DNA of 64,000 nucleotides from an uncultured Clostridium sp. (GTDB lineage: Bacteria; Bacillota_I; Bacilli_A; RF39; UBA660): NCBI GenBank assembly GCA_902492325.1, contig CABULC010000005.1, positions 6,162 through 70,161 of the forward strand. Reading direction: 5' to 3'. Both the position numbers and the translations under genes were made by a program. The notes under the pieces were generated by a model. That model was not told the DNA's origin. It made no database searches and saw nothing but the letters and a program-made list of their open reading frames with translations. Shown here one piece after another: positions 50,711 to 59,932 of the stretch (position 1 is the first letter of the stretch; every line of letters begins with the position of its first letter).

Positions 50711-51073
50711 ATGTCAAAGAATGAGTTTACTTGTGATTGTAATATAATACATGAAGATGCTGTTCATAATGTTAAAAAAAATATGCCAGATGAAAATACA
50801 TTCAATAATTTAGCAGATTTGTTTAAATTAATAGGTGATACTACTAGATGCAGAATATTATTTGCTTTAGACGAAAATGAAATGTGTGTCTGCGATATTG
50901 CTAATGTACTTAGTATGACTAAGTCCGCTGTTTCTCATCAACTTGCAACTTTAAGAAGAAGTGGAATAGTAAGATGTAGAAAAAGTGGTAAAGAGGTGTA
51001 TTATACACTTGATGATGATCATATAGTTAAATTGTTTGAAATAGGACTTCAACATATAAAACATAGATGTTAG
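50711..51073 (+). CDS. cadC: ArsR/SmtB-family metalloregulator (CadC-like)
   Basis: N-terminal Cys pair (TCDCN), alpha3 CVC site (EMCVCDIANVL) and HTH (SKSAVSHQLATLRRSG), collinear with CadC. AGGAG RBS before ATG 50711. Confidence 0.75.
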   Translation: MSKNEFTCDCNIIHEDAVHNVKKNMPDENTFNNLADLFKLIGDTTRCRILFALDENEMCVCDIANVLSMTKSAVSHQLATLRRSGIVRCRKSGKEVYYTLDDDHIVKLFEIGLQHIKHRC

Positions 51074-51085
51074 AAAGAAGGAAAT

Positions 51086-51310
51086 ATGAAAAATTATAAG
51101 TTTAAAATTGAGGGGTTAGATTGTGCTAATTGTGCTAATGAATTAGAAAGTGAACTTAGAGAGTTAGATTTAATAAATAACGTTAGTATAAGTTTTATGA
51201 CTGAAAAATTATCTTTTGATTGCGAAGAAAATAATATAGATGAAGCGTTAAAAGAAATAAAGAAAGTAATAAAGAGAGAAGAACCTGATGTTTCTATTGA
51301 GGAAATGTAA
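51086..51310 (+). CDS. heavy-metal-associated (HMA) domain metallochaperone-like protein
   Basis: 74 aa. GLDCANC metal-binding CxxC loop at the N-terminus. Confidence 0.65.
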   Translation: MKNYKFKIEGLDCANCANELESELRELDLINNVSISFMTEKLSFDCEENNIDEALKEIKKVIKREEPDVSIEEM

Positions 51311-53160
51311 TGAATAAAAAGATGAAAAAACAACTACTTAGAATTATAATATCTGGAATTATGTTATTGTTTTCTATGCTAGTTAGTATTAATGTTAAGT
51401 ATATAAATAATATTATATTTATTATTGCATACTTTATAATTGGTTATGATATTTTATTAAAAGCATTTAGAAATATAAAATGTGGAAAAGTATTTGATGA
51501 AAACTTTTTAATGGCAGTTGCTACTATAGGTGCTTTATGTATAGGAAATATACCTGAAGCTGTTAGTGTTATGTTATTTTATCAAGTTGGTGAATTATTT
51601 CAAAGCTATGCTGTTAATAAGAGTAGAAAGTCAGTTGCTGCTTTAATGGATATTAGACCTGATTACGCTAATGTAATTAGAAATGATAAACATATTAAAG
51701 TAGATCCAAATGAAGTAAATATTGAAGAAATAATACTTGTTAAACCAGGTGAGAAGATTCCACTAGATGGAATTATTGTTGAGGGTAGTTCAATGCTTAA
51801 TACTCTTGCTCTTACTGGTGAAGCAGTTCCAAGAAGTGTTAAAAAGGGTGATGAAGTTCTTAGTGGATGTGTAAATAATGAAGGTATATTAAAAATAAAA
51901 GTTACTAAGAAATTTGGAGAATCAACAGTTAGTAAAATATTAGAATTAGTTGAGAATGCTAGTAGTAGAAAGTCTAGTTCAGAAGCATTTATTACTAAGT
52001 TTGCTAAATATTATACTCCTATAGTATGTGCTATAGCTTTAGTACTCGCAATATTTCCTCCATTAATATTAAATCAACCATTTAATACTTGGATATATAG
52101 AGCATTATCATTCTTAGTAGTTTCATGTCCATGTGCTTTAGTTGTTTCAATTCCGCTTAGTTTCTTTGGTGGAATAGGTGCCTCTTCAAGTATAGGAGTA
52201 CTTGTTAAAGGTAGTAATTATTTAGAAGCACTTTCTAATGTAGAGATTGTTGTATGTGATAAAACTGGTACATTAACAGAAGGAGTTTTTAAAGTTCAAA
52301 AGATAGAAGCTATATCTATTAGTGATGAAGATTTATTAAAGTATGCTGCTTATGCTGAGAGTTTTTCTAATCATCCAATTGCATTATCTTTAAAAGAAGC
52401 TTATGGTAAAAAAATAGATAATAAAAAAATTACTGATACTAAAGAAATATCAGGAAAAGGTGTACAAGCTAAAATTGATGGAAAAGAAGTTTTAGTGGGA
52501 AATGAAAAACTATTAAAAGAAAAGAATATAGATTTTAATAAATCTAAAGATATTGGTACTATAGTATATATCGTTATAGATAATAAATATTGTGGTTATA
52601 TAGTTATTTCGGATAAAATAAAGGAAGACTCTTATAAAGCAGTTAGTTCATTAAAAGAAAATAATGTTAAGAAAATAGTTATGCTTACAGGAGATAAAAC
52701 TGATATAAGTAGAGAAGTAAGTGAAGAATTAAACCTTGATGAATTTCATAGTGAGTTGTTACCTCAAGATAAAGTAAAAAAGATTGAAAAATTAATGTTA
52801 GAAAAATCTAACGATGGTAAATTATTGTTTATAGGTGATGGTATAAATGATGCTCCTGTACTTGCATTATCAGATATAGGTGTTGCGATGGGTGGTCTTG
52901 GAAGTGATGCTGCTATTGAAGCTGCTGATATTGTAATTATGACTGATGAACCATCTAAAATTGCTGAAGCAATTAAAATATCTCATAAGACTATGAGAAT
53001 AGTAAAAGAAAATATAGTGTTTGCTATAACTGTTAAGATAGCTGTACTTGTATTATCAGCGCTTGGAATTGCAACTATGTGGTCTGCTGTATTTGCTGAT
53101 GTTGGTGTATCAGTAATAGCAATATTAAATGCACTTAGAATTTTAAAGGTAAATAAATAA
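51310..53160 (+). CDS. cadA: heavy-metal translocating P1B-type ATPase (Cd/Zn-type) lacking N-terminal metal-binding domain
   Basis: 616 aa. TM CPC motif (SCPCALV), DKTGTLT phosphorylation site, GDGINDAP hinge. Start overlaps the HMA gene stop by 1 nt. Confidence 0.85.
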   Translation: MNKKMKKQLLRIIISGIMLLFSMLVSINVKYINNIIFIIAYFIIGYDILLKAFRNIKCGKVFDENFLMAVATIGALCIGNIPEAVSVMLFYQVGELFQSYAVNKSRKSVAALMDIRPDYANVIRNDKHIKVDPNEVNIEEIILVKPGEKIPLDGIIVEGSSMLNTLALTGEAVPRSVKKGDEVLSGCVNNEGILKIKVTKKFGESTVSKILELVENASSRKSSSEAFITKFAKYYTPIVCAIALVLAIFPPLILNQPFNTWIYRALSFLVVSCPCALVVSIPLSFFGGIGASSSIGVLVKGSNYLEALSNVEIVVCDKTGTLTEGVFKVQKIEAISISDEDLLKYAAYAESFSNHPIALSLKEAYGKKIDNKKITDTKEISGKGVQAKIDGKEVLVGNEKLLKEKNIDFNKSKDIGTIVYIVIDNKYCGYIVISDKIKEDSYKAVSSLKENNVKKIVMLTGDKTDISREVSEELNLDEFHSELLPQDKVKKIEKLMLEKSNDGKLLFIGDGINDAPVLALSDIGVAMGGLGSDAAIEAADIVIMTDEPSKIAEAIKISHKTMRIVKENIVFAITVKIAVLVLSALGIATMWSAVFADVGVSVIAILNALRILKVNK

Positions 53161-53214
53161 TTTACCTTTTTATTTTGCTTAGCAACGTGTTATAATTCAT
53201 AATAGGTGAAGCAT

Positions 53215-55113
53215 ATGAAAAATAAAAATGGATTTTCTTTAATTGAATTGCTTGGAGTAATTGCGATAGTTGCAATTCTTACTTTAATGGTTGTACCAGC
53301 TGCTATTAAAACCTATAATGAAAATGTTATTAAAGCAATGCATGTACAAGAAAATGAAATGAAGGAAGCGGCAAATTTATTTGTAGAAGACTATTGTAAG
53401 AATTCAATTGATCAAACTAAGATTTGTCCTAAGAGTTATAGTACTGCAGTTAATAATAAGAAAACAGTATGTCTTCAAGATCTTCAAAAGAGTAGTGATA
53501 AATATATAGATGGTATTAAATATAAGGGTTCTGATTGTAAAGGATATGTTACTTATTATTTAGATTCTGAAACTGGTGTGTATGGTAATGAAAAAGCATA
53601 TTTATTTTGTGGATTAAATGAAGATGGTTCTTTTGATTATGCTACAAGTAAAGATTATGATTATAAAGAATATTGTAGTTGTAGTGATGATGAAATATGT
53701 AAGGAGAAAACTGAAAGAGTTTATTGTAAATTTGATGGTGACTTGAAACAAGGCGCTGAGTATGTCAATGGTCAATATACTTATAGATATAAACAAGCTG
53801 GTGTTAGAAGTGATGATGATCTTGCATGGAATAATTTTTCAAAAGATGGATGGGGAGTACAACTTACAGATAAAACTAGTACTGAACCAGTAACTAGTAA
53901 AGTATGTACATATATAAATGATAAACCAGTTATCGCTATGTCTAATATGTATAGTGATAGTAAGGCTACAAGTATAGATTTAAGTAGTTTAAATACAGCA
54001 AAAGTTGATAATATGAGTTATATGTTTGCATCTAGTGCTGCAACTGATTTAGATGTTAGTTTCTTTAATACAAGTAATGTAACTCTTATACATAGTATGT
54101 TTAATGGAAGTAAAACAACTACTTTAGATGTAAGCGGATTTGATACAAGTAAAGTAACAAATATGGGTAATATGTTTAGAGGTGTTTTAGTTGAAACCTT
54201 AGATTTAAATAATTTTAATACTTCTAATGTTATATATATGGATAACATGTTCTTTGGAAGTAAAATGATTTCATTAGATCTTTCAAGTTTCAACACTTCT
54301 AATGTAACGACTATGTATGGAATGTTTTGGGGTTCATCAGCGACTGATTTAAATCTTAAGAGTTTTGATACAAGCAAGGTTAAATCAATGTCATTTATGT
54401 TTAGAGGTGCTTTAGCTGAAAATTTAGATTTGAATAATTTTAATACAAGTAATGTCGCTGATATGGGGGGAATGTTTGAAGGTGCTAAAGCTAAAACATT
54501 GGATTTGAGTAATTTTAATACTTCAAAAGTTAAAAATATGTATTTAATGTTTGATGGCGCTGAAGCAGAGAATTTAGATTTAACAAGTTTTGATACAAGT
54601 AATGTAACTGATATGAGTTCTATGTTTAGATTTTCAAAAGCTAAAAAAATAGATGTTTCAAGTTTTGATACAAGTAATGTAACTAGTATGTTTCTTACAT
54701 TTGCTCAATGTTCTGCGACTGAGGTTGATGTTAGCAAGTTCAATACTAGTAATGTTAAAAATATGGGAAGTATGTTTCATTCAAGCAATATAATCAATTT
54801 GGATGTAAGCAACTTTGATACAAGTAATGTTACTAATATGGCGTCAATGTTCTATTATAGTAAGTCAAAAACTTTAGATGTTAGTAAATTTAATACTGAA
54901 AAGGTTACTGATATGAGCGCGATGTTTCAAGGAAGCAATGCAGAATTATTAGATTTAAGTAATTTTAATATTGATAATGTAACTAATATGAATATAATGT
55001 TTAGTGCAGCTAAAGCAACTACTGGATATGCAAAAGATGATCCAACTGCAGCTAAGTTTAATGACAGTAGTGTTACTAAAATACCAAGTACACTTAAATT
55101 TACTGTTAAATAA
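53215..55113 (+). CDS. prepilin-type N-terminal protein with pilin-like Cys-containing domain and DUF285/BspA-family repeat array
   Basis: MKNKNG^FSLIELLGVIAIVAILTL (class III signal). ~130-aa N-terminal domain shared with the 26729 pseudogene. Then ~15 tandem ~24-aa F(D/N)TS(N/K)V..M..MF repeats. AGGTGA before ATG 53215; the track start is GTG 53206. Confidence 0.8.
   Translation: MKNKNGFSLIELLGVIAIVAILTLMVVPAAIKTYNENVIKAMHVQENEMKEAANLFVEDYCKNSIDQTKICPKSYSTAVNNKKTVCLQDLQKSSDKYIDGIKYKGSDCKGYVTYYLDSETGVYGNEKAYLFCGLNEDGSFDYATSKDYDYKEYCSCSDDEICKEKTERVYCKFDGDLKQGAEYVNGQYTYRYKQAGVRSDDDLAWNNFSKDGWGVQLTDKTSTEPVTSKVCTYINDKPVIAMSNMYSDSKATSIDLSSLNTAKVDNMSYMFASSAATDLDVSFFNTSNVTLIHSMFNGSKTTTLDVSGFDTSKVTNMGNMFRGVLVETLDLNNFNTSNVIYMDNMFFGSKMISLDLSSFNTSNVTTMYGMFWGSSATDLNLKSFDTSKVKSMSFMFRGALAENLDLNNFNTSNVADMGGMFEGAKAKTLDLSNFNTSKVKNMYLMFDGAEAENLDLTSFDTSNVTDMSSMFRFSKAKKIDVSSFDTSNVTSMFLTFAQCSATEVDVSKFNTSNVKNMGSMFHSSNIINLDVSNFDTSNVTNMASMFYYSKSKTLDVSKFNTEKVTDMSAMFQGSNAELLDLSNFNIDNVTNMNIMFSAAKATTGYAKDDPTAAKFNDSSVTKIPSTLKFTVK
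53221..53613 (+). repeat. dispersed repeat (~390 bp, ~85% identical to 26743-27135): pilin-like 5' module
   Basis: Nucleotide-level comparison of the 5' ends of the two prepilin-type genes. Confidence 0.75.
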
Positions 55114-55164
55114 AAAGTACTAGAAATAGTACTTTTCTTTTGTTATAATTTGTATGGTGATAAT

Positions 55165-55503
55165 ATGGAACATATGATGAGACTTCATAAAGGACCATTT
55201 GAATTAATTAAGAATGGTAGTAAAACTATAGAGTTAAGACTTTATGATGAAAAAAGACAAATGATTAATTTGGGAGATACTATTACTTTTGAAAATAGAA
55301 GTGATGGAGATAAGATTAAAGTTAAAGTTATTGCTTTACATAAATATCCTAGTTTTGAAGAATTATATAAACATTTTAATAAAATATCTATGGGATATAA
55401 AGAAGATGAAGAAGCTGACCCTAAAGATATGGAATTATATTATAGTAGTGAAGAGCAATCTAAATATGGTGTGGTTGGTATAGAAATGGAGTTAATTAAA
55501 TAA
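55165..55503 (+). CDS. ASCH (PUA-like) domain protein
   Basis: ~112 aa. ...FELIKNGSKTIELRLYDEKRQ...GD.I.F. Start ambiguous (TTG 55150 / ATG 55165 / 55171). Confidence 0.5.
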   Translation: MEHMMRLHKGPFELIKNGSKTIELRLYDEKRQMINLGDTITFENRSDGDKIKVKVIALHKYPSFEELYKHFNKISMGYKEDEEADPKDMELYYSSEEQSKYGVVGIEMELIK

Positions 55504-55505
55504 TT

Positions 55506-56363
55506 ATGAAAATATTACTTAGTTGGAAGTTTTGGGTAATTTTATATTTAGTTTCTGCGGTTATATTTGCTCAAGCTTTTAAAAAATCAAATCGTAATAT
55601 GAAGAGTGCTGGAGCTCTTACAATATTACTTGAAATATATACTGCATTTTTTGCTATATTTTTTATTCCATTTTTTGATTTTGTTTGGCCAACTGATTCT
55701 AGTGTATATTTAACATTAGTTGCTGTTGTTAGTATCTATGCTATAACAGATAGACTTAATATTGAAGCTAGATATGGACTTGATCCTTCAGTATTTAGTA
55801 TGCTTAAACAATTATCTACAGTATTCTTAATAATATTAGGATTTATATTCTTAAAAGAACCAGTTGTTCTTAAAAAGATTATTGGTTCATTAATAATTAT
55901 ATTTGCGAATGTTTTACTTGCGTTTGATAAAGGAAAAATCAAGTTTAATAAATATTTTATTATGTCATTTATATCTAATTTCTTATTCGCAGTTGCGATG
56001 CTTATAAATGTTAATATTTCTAATTATTTTAATTTAGCTTTTTATACAATTCTTACTGTTTTTACGCCATCAATATTAATATTTATATTTGGTAAACATA
56101 GTTTAAAAGAATTAAAAAAAGAATTTAATTCTTATGATAAAAAGAGTTTCTTACTTGCTGCGTTTACTTGGTGTTTAATGTTAATTGCGTCAGTTCGTGC
56201 ATATCAACTTGGTAATGTTACTTTAATTGCACCGCTTTTAACATTGACATCAATATTAAATACTATGTATGAATACTTTGTATGTAAAAATAAAAGTAAG
56301 TTTATTCAAAAAGTTATAGCATCTATACTTATTATAATAGGTGTTGTTATAATAAAGATGTGA
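55506..56363 (+). CDS. DMT/EamA-like polytopic membrane transporter
   Basis: 285 aa, ~10 hydrophobic helices in two halves. Confidence 0.45.
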   Translation: MKILLSWKFWVILYLVSAVIFAQAFKKSNRNMKSAGALTILLEIYTAFFAIFFIPFFDFVWPTDSSVYLTLVAVVSIYAITDRLNIEARYGLDPSVFSMLKQLSTVFLIILGFIFLKEPVVLKKIIGSLIIIFANVLLAFDKGKIKFNKYFIMSFISNFLFAVAMLINVNISNYFNLAFYTILTVFTPSILIFIFGKHSLKELKKEFNSYDKKSFLLAAFTWCLMLIASVRAYQLGNVTLIAPLLTLTSILNTMYEYFVCKNKSKFIQKVIASILIIIGVVIIKM

Positions 56364-56371
56364 GGTGAAAT

Positions 56372-56770
56372 ATGAAAGCATTAACTATAAAAGAACCTTG
56401 GGCATCTTTAATAATTGAAGAATATAAAAAATATGAGTTTCGTAGTTGGAAAACAAAATATAGAGGTAAAATACTTATACATGCTGGACTTAGCGTTGAA
56501 AAAGATATGTTAAAAAGATTTAAAGACTATGATATCAATATTAATCCTGGATATATTATTGGTGAAGCTACTATTACTGATTGTATACTTGTTGATGAAG
56601 AATTTAATTGTGAACTTAGAAATATTGATCCAGTTGTGTATGGAAGAAGTAATCATACTGAAACATATGCTTGGAAGCTTGAAAATGTTATTAAATATGA
56701 AAAACCAATACCATATAAAGGTAAACTTGGTTTATGGAATTATTGTGAAGATAATCTTGAAAAAAAATAA
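56372..56770 (+). CDS. ASCH-domain protein (YqfB-like)
   Basis: IKEPWASLIIEEYKKYEFRSWKTKYRGKILIHAG matches the ASCH core. Confidence 0.6.
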   Translation: MKALTIKEPWASLIIEEYKKYEFRSWKTKYRGKILIHAGLSVEKDMLKRFKDYDININPGYIIGEATITDCILVDEEFNCELRNIDPVVYGRSNHTETYAWKLENVIKYEKPIPYKGKLGLWNYCEDNLEKK

Positions 56771-56837
56771 GTGTTGTGGTAATATATCTAAGCACTTATT
56801 TTTTAGTGTGATGATGTGACAAAAAGGGGAGGAAAAT

Positions 56838-58241
56838 ATGAAAAAAACAAAAATTATATGTAGTATAGGACCAGCTAGTTGTAATACTGAAACTATGACT
56901 AAAATGGTTCAAAATGGAATGAATACTGCTCGTATAAATTTTTCTCATGCGACTTTAGAAGAAAGAGAAAATGTTGTTAGAGTAGTAAATGAGGTAAGAA
57001 ATAATACTGGAATTTATATAGGAATATTATATGATACTAAAGGTCCTGAATTTAGAAATGGAATGTTAGAAAATGATTCTATAAATTTAGTTGAAGGCAA
57101 AAAAATTAGAATGGTTAAAGAAAATGTTCTTGGAAATGAAGAAAGATTTTCTGTTAATCATCCACAAGCAATTGATTCATTAAAAGTAGGAGACACGGTA
57201 TTACTTGAAAATGGTCTTATGAAAATAGAAGTTATTTCTAAAGAAGAAGATGGAGTAACTTGTAAAATAATTAATGGTGGAGTACTTGGAAATAGAAAAA
57301 GTTTAAGTGTTCCTGGAGTACATTTAGATATACCATTTATATCTAAAGAAGATGATGAAGATATAAGATATGCTTGTAATCATGATGGAGACTTTTTAGC
57401 TTTATCATTTGTATCAACTAAAGAAGATGTATTAGAAGCTAAAAAAATTATAGAAGAAGAAAATGCTAATATAAAAATTATTTCTAAAATTGAAAGTACA
57501 ACTGGCATTGAAAACTTAAGTGAAATAATAAGTGTATCAGATGGAATTATGGTTGCTCGTGGTGACTTAGGTGTGGAAGCTCCTATGGAACAAATACCAT
57601 ACTTTCAAAAGGAAATAATAGATGAATGTAGACGTCAAAATAAATTCTGTATAGTTGCTACTGAAATGCTAGAAAGTATGAAACATAATGCAAGACCTAC
57701 AAGAGCAGAAGTATCTGATATATTTAATGCTGTTATAAATGGAACAGATGCTGTTATGTTAAGTGGTGAAACTACTACTGGTAAATACCCAGTTGAGACA
57801 GTTACTTATATGTCAAATATATGCACTGAAGCAGAGAAACATTTTGATTATAAATATTATCCAAAATATATTACTAAAGATATAGCTGGTGCTATAGCTA
57901 ATAGTGTATTTGATGCAGCTAACTTACTTGATACTAAATTAATAGTTGCGGCTACTATGAGTGGAACAAGTGCAAGATTAATAAGCAACCTAAGACCAAG
58001 AAATTTAATATTAGCTGCATGTCCAAGTAAAAAAGTTGCTTATGGTTTATCATTAAATAGTGGTGTATATCCAGTTGTTACTGAAGTATATAGTTCTACT
58101 GATAGAATAATAGAAGATGCTAAAACTAAATCTATGGAATTTATGGAACTTAATAAAGGTGATATGATTATAGTAACTGGTGGTTTTCCAAATAATACAA
58201 AAGATAAAAAAACTAATTTTATGAAAATAGAAGAGATATAA
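56838..58241 (+). CDS. pyk: pyruvate kinase
   Basis: 467 aa. MKKTKIICSIGPAS, MVARGDLGVE active site, C-terminal allosteric domain. Confidence 0.95.
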   Translation: MKKTKIICSIGPASCNTETMTKMVQNGMNTARINFSHATLEERENVVRVVNEVRNNTGIYIGILYDTKGPEFRNGMLENDSINLVEGKKIRMVKENVLGNEERFSVNHPQAIDSLKVGDTVLLENGLMKIEVISKEEDGVTCKIINGGVLGNRKSLSVPGVHLDIPFISKEDDEDIRYACNHDGDFLALSFVSTKEDVLEAKKIIEEENANIKIISKIESTTGIENLSEIISVSDGIMVARGDLGVEAPMEQIPYFQKEIIDECRRQNKFCIVATEMLESMKHNARPTRAEVSDIFNAVINGTDAVMLSGETTTGKYPVETVTYMSNICTEAEKHFDYKYYPKYITKDIAGAIANSVFDAANLLDTKLIVAATMSGTSARLISNLRPRNLILAACPSKKVAYGLSLNSGVYPVVTEVYSSTDRIIEDAKTKSMEFMELNKGDMIIVTGGFPNNTKDKKTNFMKIEEI

Positions 58242-58299
58242 GTATAGAATACTTATATTTTTTATGTTAAAATTTAATTATACGATAAGAGGTGTTAAT

Positions 58300-59388
58300 A
58301 TGTTAGTTATGTCTATATGTTCGGTTCCTGAAGTGTTGGAGGTTATGAGAATTGTTAATATGGCAATATTGATAATTAAAATAGCTGTTCCAATATTATT
58401 AATAGTTATTGGTATGGTAACGTTAATGAATACAATTAAAGTTGGTAATGAAGATTTACTAGCTAAAGCTAAAAAACAACTTATTAATAATTGTATTGCA
58501 GCAATGATTATATTTTTAATACCAACTCTTGTTAGTGTAATAGTTAGAGTAAGTGATACTAATAATCAATACAGAGCTTGTTTAGATGCTGATGTAACAA
58601 TGATAAATGATGCATATATATCAAGAGCTGAGAATTTAGTATCTAAAGCTGAAGAAGCAAAAACATACAATGATTATTATGCTGCTAAAAAAGCAGTAGA
58701 TGGATTGAAAAATGAAAGTGATAGAGCTAGTTTTAATTCAAGATTAAATGCTGTATATGAAACAATTAAAGCAGATATTGAAAAAAACAATAATAATGAA
58801 GATGGAAATAGTGGTGACGTAGGTTCTAGTGATGATGGAAGCGGAAGTACAGTCACAAGTGGTGGAGTTAAAAATGTTTCTGGAACTATTTATATGGGTG
58901 ACTCTAGAACTAATGGATTAAAATTATATGGTGATTTATCATCTGATGAGCAAGTATTTGCGACTGATGGTGGAGGATATAATGAATTTCTTGGACATAT
59001 AACTAGTGTTAACAATGTTTTGAGTGATGGTAAAAGCTATAATATAGTACTTAATTATGGTGTTAATGATTTAAGTAATTCATCTAAATATTGTGAAAAA
59101 TATAAATCATTTATAAACGATGTTAATTCTAAAAACAATGTATATGTAATGTCTGTAAATCCAGTTAATGATAGTGGAAGTAAATATGCTAAAAATTCTA
59201 GTATAGAATCATTTAATTCTTCTATTAAATCTTGTATTTCTGGACTTAAGAATGTAAAATATTGTGATGTATATGGAAGTGCATCAATAAGTGATTGGAC
59301 AAGTAAATATATAAGTAGTGATGCAATACATTATACAAGTGATGGATATAAATACATACATTCTAAAATAAAGTCATGTATGGGATAG
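58300..59388 (+). CDS. membrane-anchored modular protein: shared N-terminal module plus SGNH/GDSL hydrolase domain
   Basis: N-terminal ~185 aa almost identical to the 49343 protein. C-terminal SGNH blocks: block I IYMGDSRTNG, block V DAIHYTSDGY. GAGGTG RBS before ATG 58300; the track start is 58264. Confidence 0.65.
   Translation: MLVMSICSVPEVLEVMRIVNMAILIIKIAVPILLIVIGMVTLMNTIKVGNEDLLAKAKKQLINNCIAAMIIFLIPTLVSVIVRVSDTNNQYRACLDADVTMINDAYISRAENLVSKAEEAKTYNDYYAAKKAVDGLKNESDRASFNSRLNAVYETIKADIEKNNNNEDGNSGDVGSSDDGSGSTVTSGGVKNVSGTIYMGDSRTNGLKLYGDLSSDEQVFATDGGGYNEFLGHITSVNNVLSDGKSYNIVLNYGVNDLSNSSKYCEKYKSFINDVNSKNNVYVMSVNPVNDSGSKYAKNSSIESFNSSIKSCISGLKNVKYCDVYGSASISDWTSKYISSDAIHYTSDGYKYIHSKIKSCMG
58318..58850 (+). 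repeat. dispersed repeat copy 2 (~530 bp, ~99% identical to 49360-49891)
   Basis: See copy 1. Confidence 0.85.
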
Positions 59389-59395
59389 GAGAATT

Positions 59396-59908
59396 ATGAT
59401 AAATATAGTTTTATTTGAACCAGAAATACCAGAAAATACTGGTAATATTATGAGAACATGTGTGGCTACTAATAGCCATTTACATTTAATTAAACCTTTA
59501 GGTTTTAGTCTCGAAGAAAAATATATTAAAAGAGCTGGTGTAAATTATATAGATAAATGTATATATACAGTTTATGAAAATATAGATGAATTTTTTGAAA
59601 AGAATAAAGGAGAATATTATTTTTTAACTAGATATGGACATAAACCACATACTAGTTTTGATTATAGCGATAGTGATAAGAATTATTATTTCTTTTTTGG
59701 AAAAGAAAGTACTGGGATTCCACCACACATATTAAAACCATATATAGATAGATGCATGAGAATGCCTATGACTGATAATGTTAGAGCACTTAATCTATCT
59801 AATACAGTGGCTATAATGACTTATGAAGCATTAAGACAACAAGGATATCCAGGACTATTATTTGATGAACCACACAAAAGTAAAAATTTTATAGAAGAAA
59901 GTGAGTAA
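59396..59908 (+). CDS. trmL: tRNA (cytidine/uridine-2'-O)-methyltransferase, SpoU family
   Basis: 170 aa. N-terminal LFEPEIPENTGNIMRTC and the SPOUT knot motifs. Confidence 0.8.
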   Translation: MINIVLFEPEIPENTGNIMRTCVATNSHLHLIKPLGFSLEEKYIKRAGVNYIDKCIYTVYENIDEFFEKNKGEYYFLTRYGHKPHTSFDYSDSDKNYYFFFGKESTGIPPHILKPYIDRCMRMPMTDNVRALNLSNTVAIMTYEALRQQGYPGLLFDEPHKSKNFIEESE

Positions 59909-59932
59909 TCACTTTTTCTTTTCGGAGGAAAT

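Noticed and set aside
55289-56819. Track ORFs 55289-55483 (+), 55736-55942 (-), 56529-56819 (+)
   Set aside because: They are alternative-frame overlaps of the better-supported ASCH and DMT genes, Ile/Leu/Lys-rich and low-complexity.
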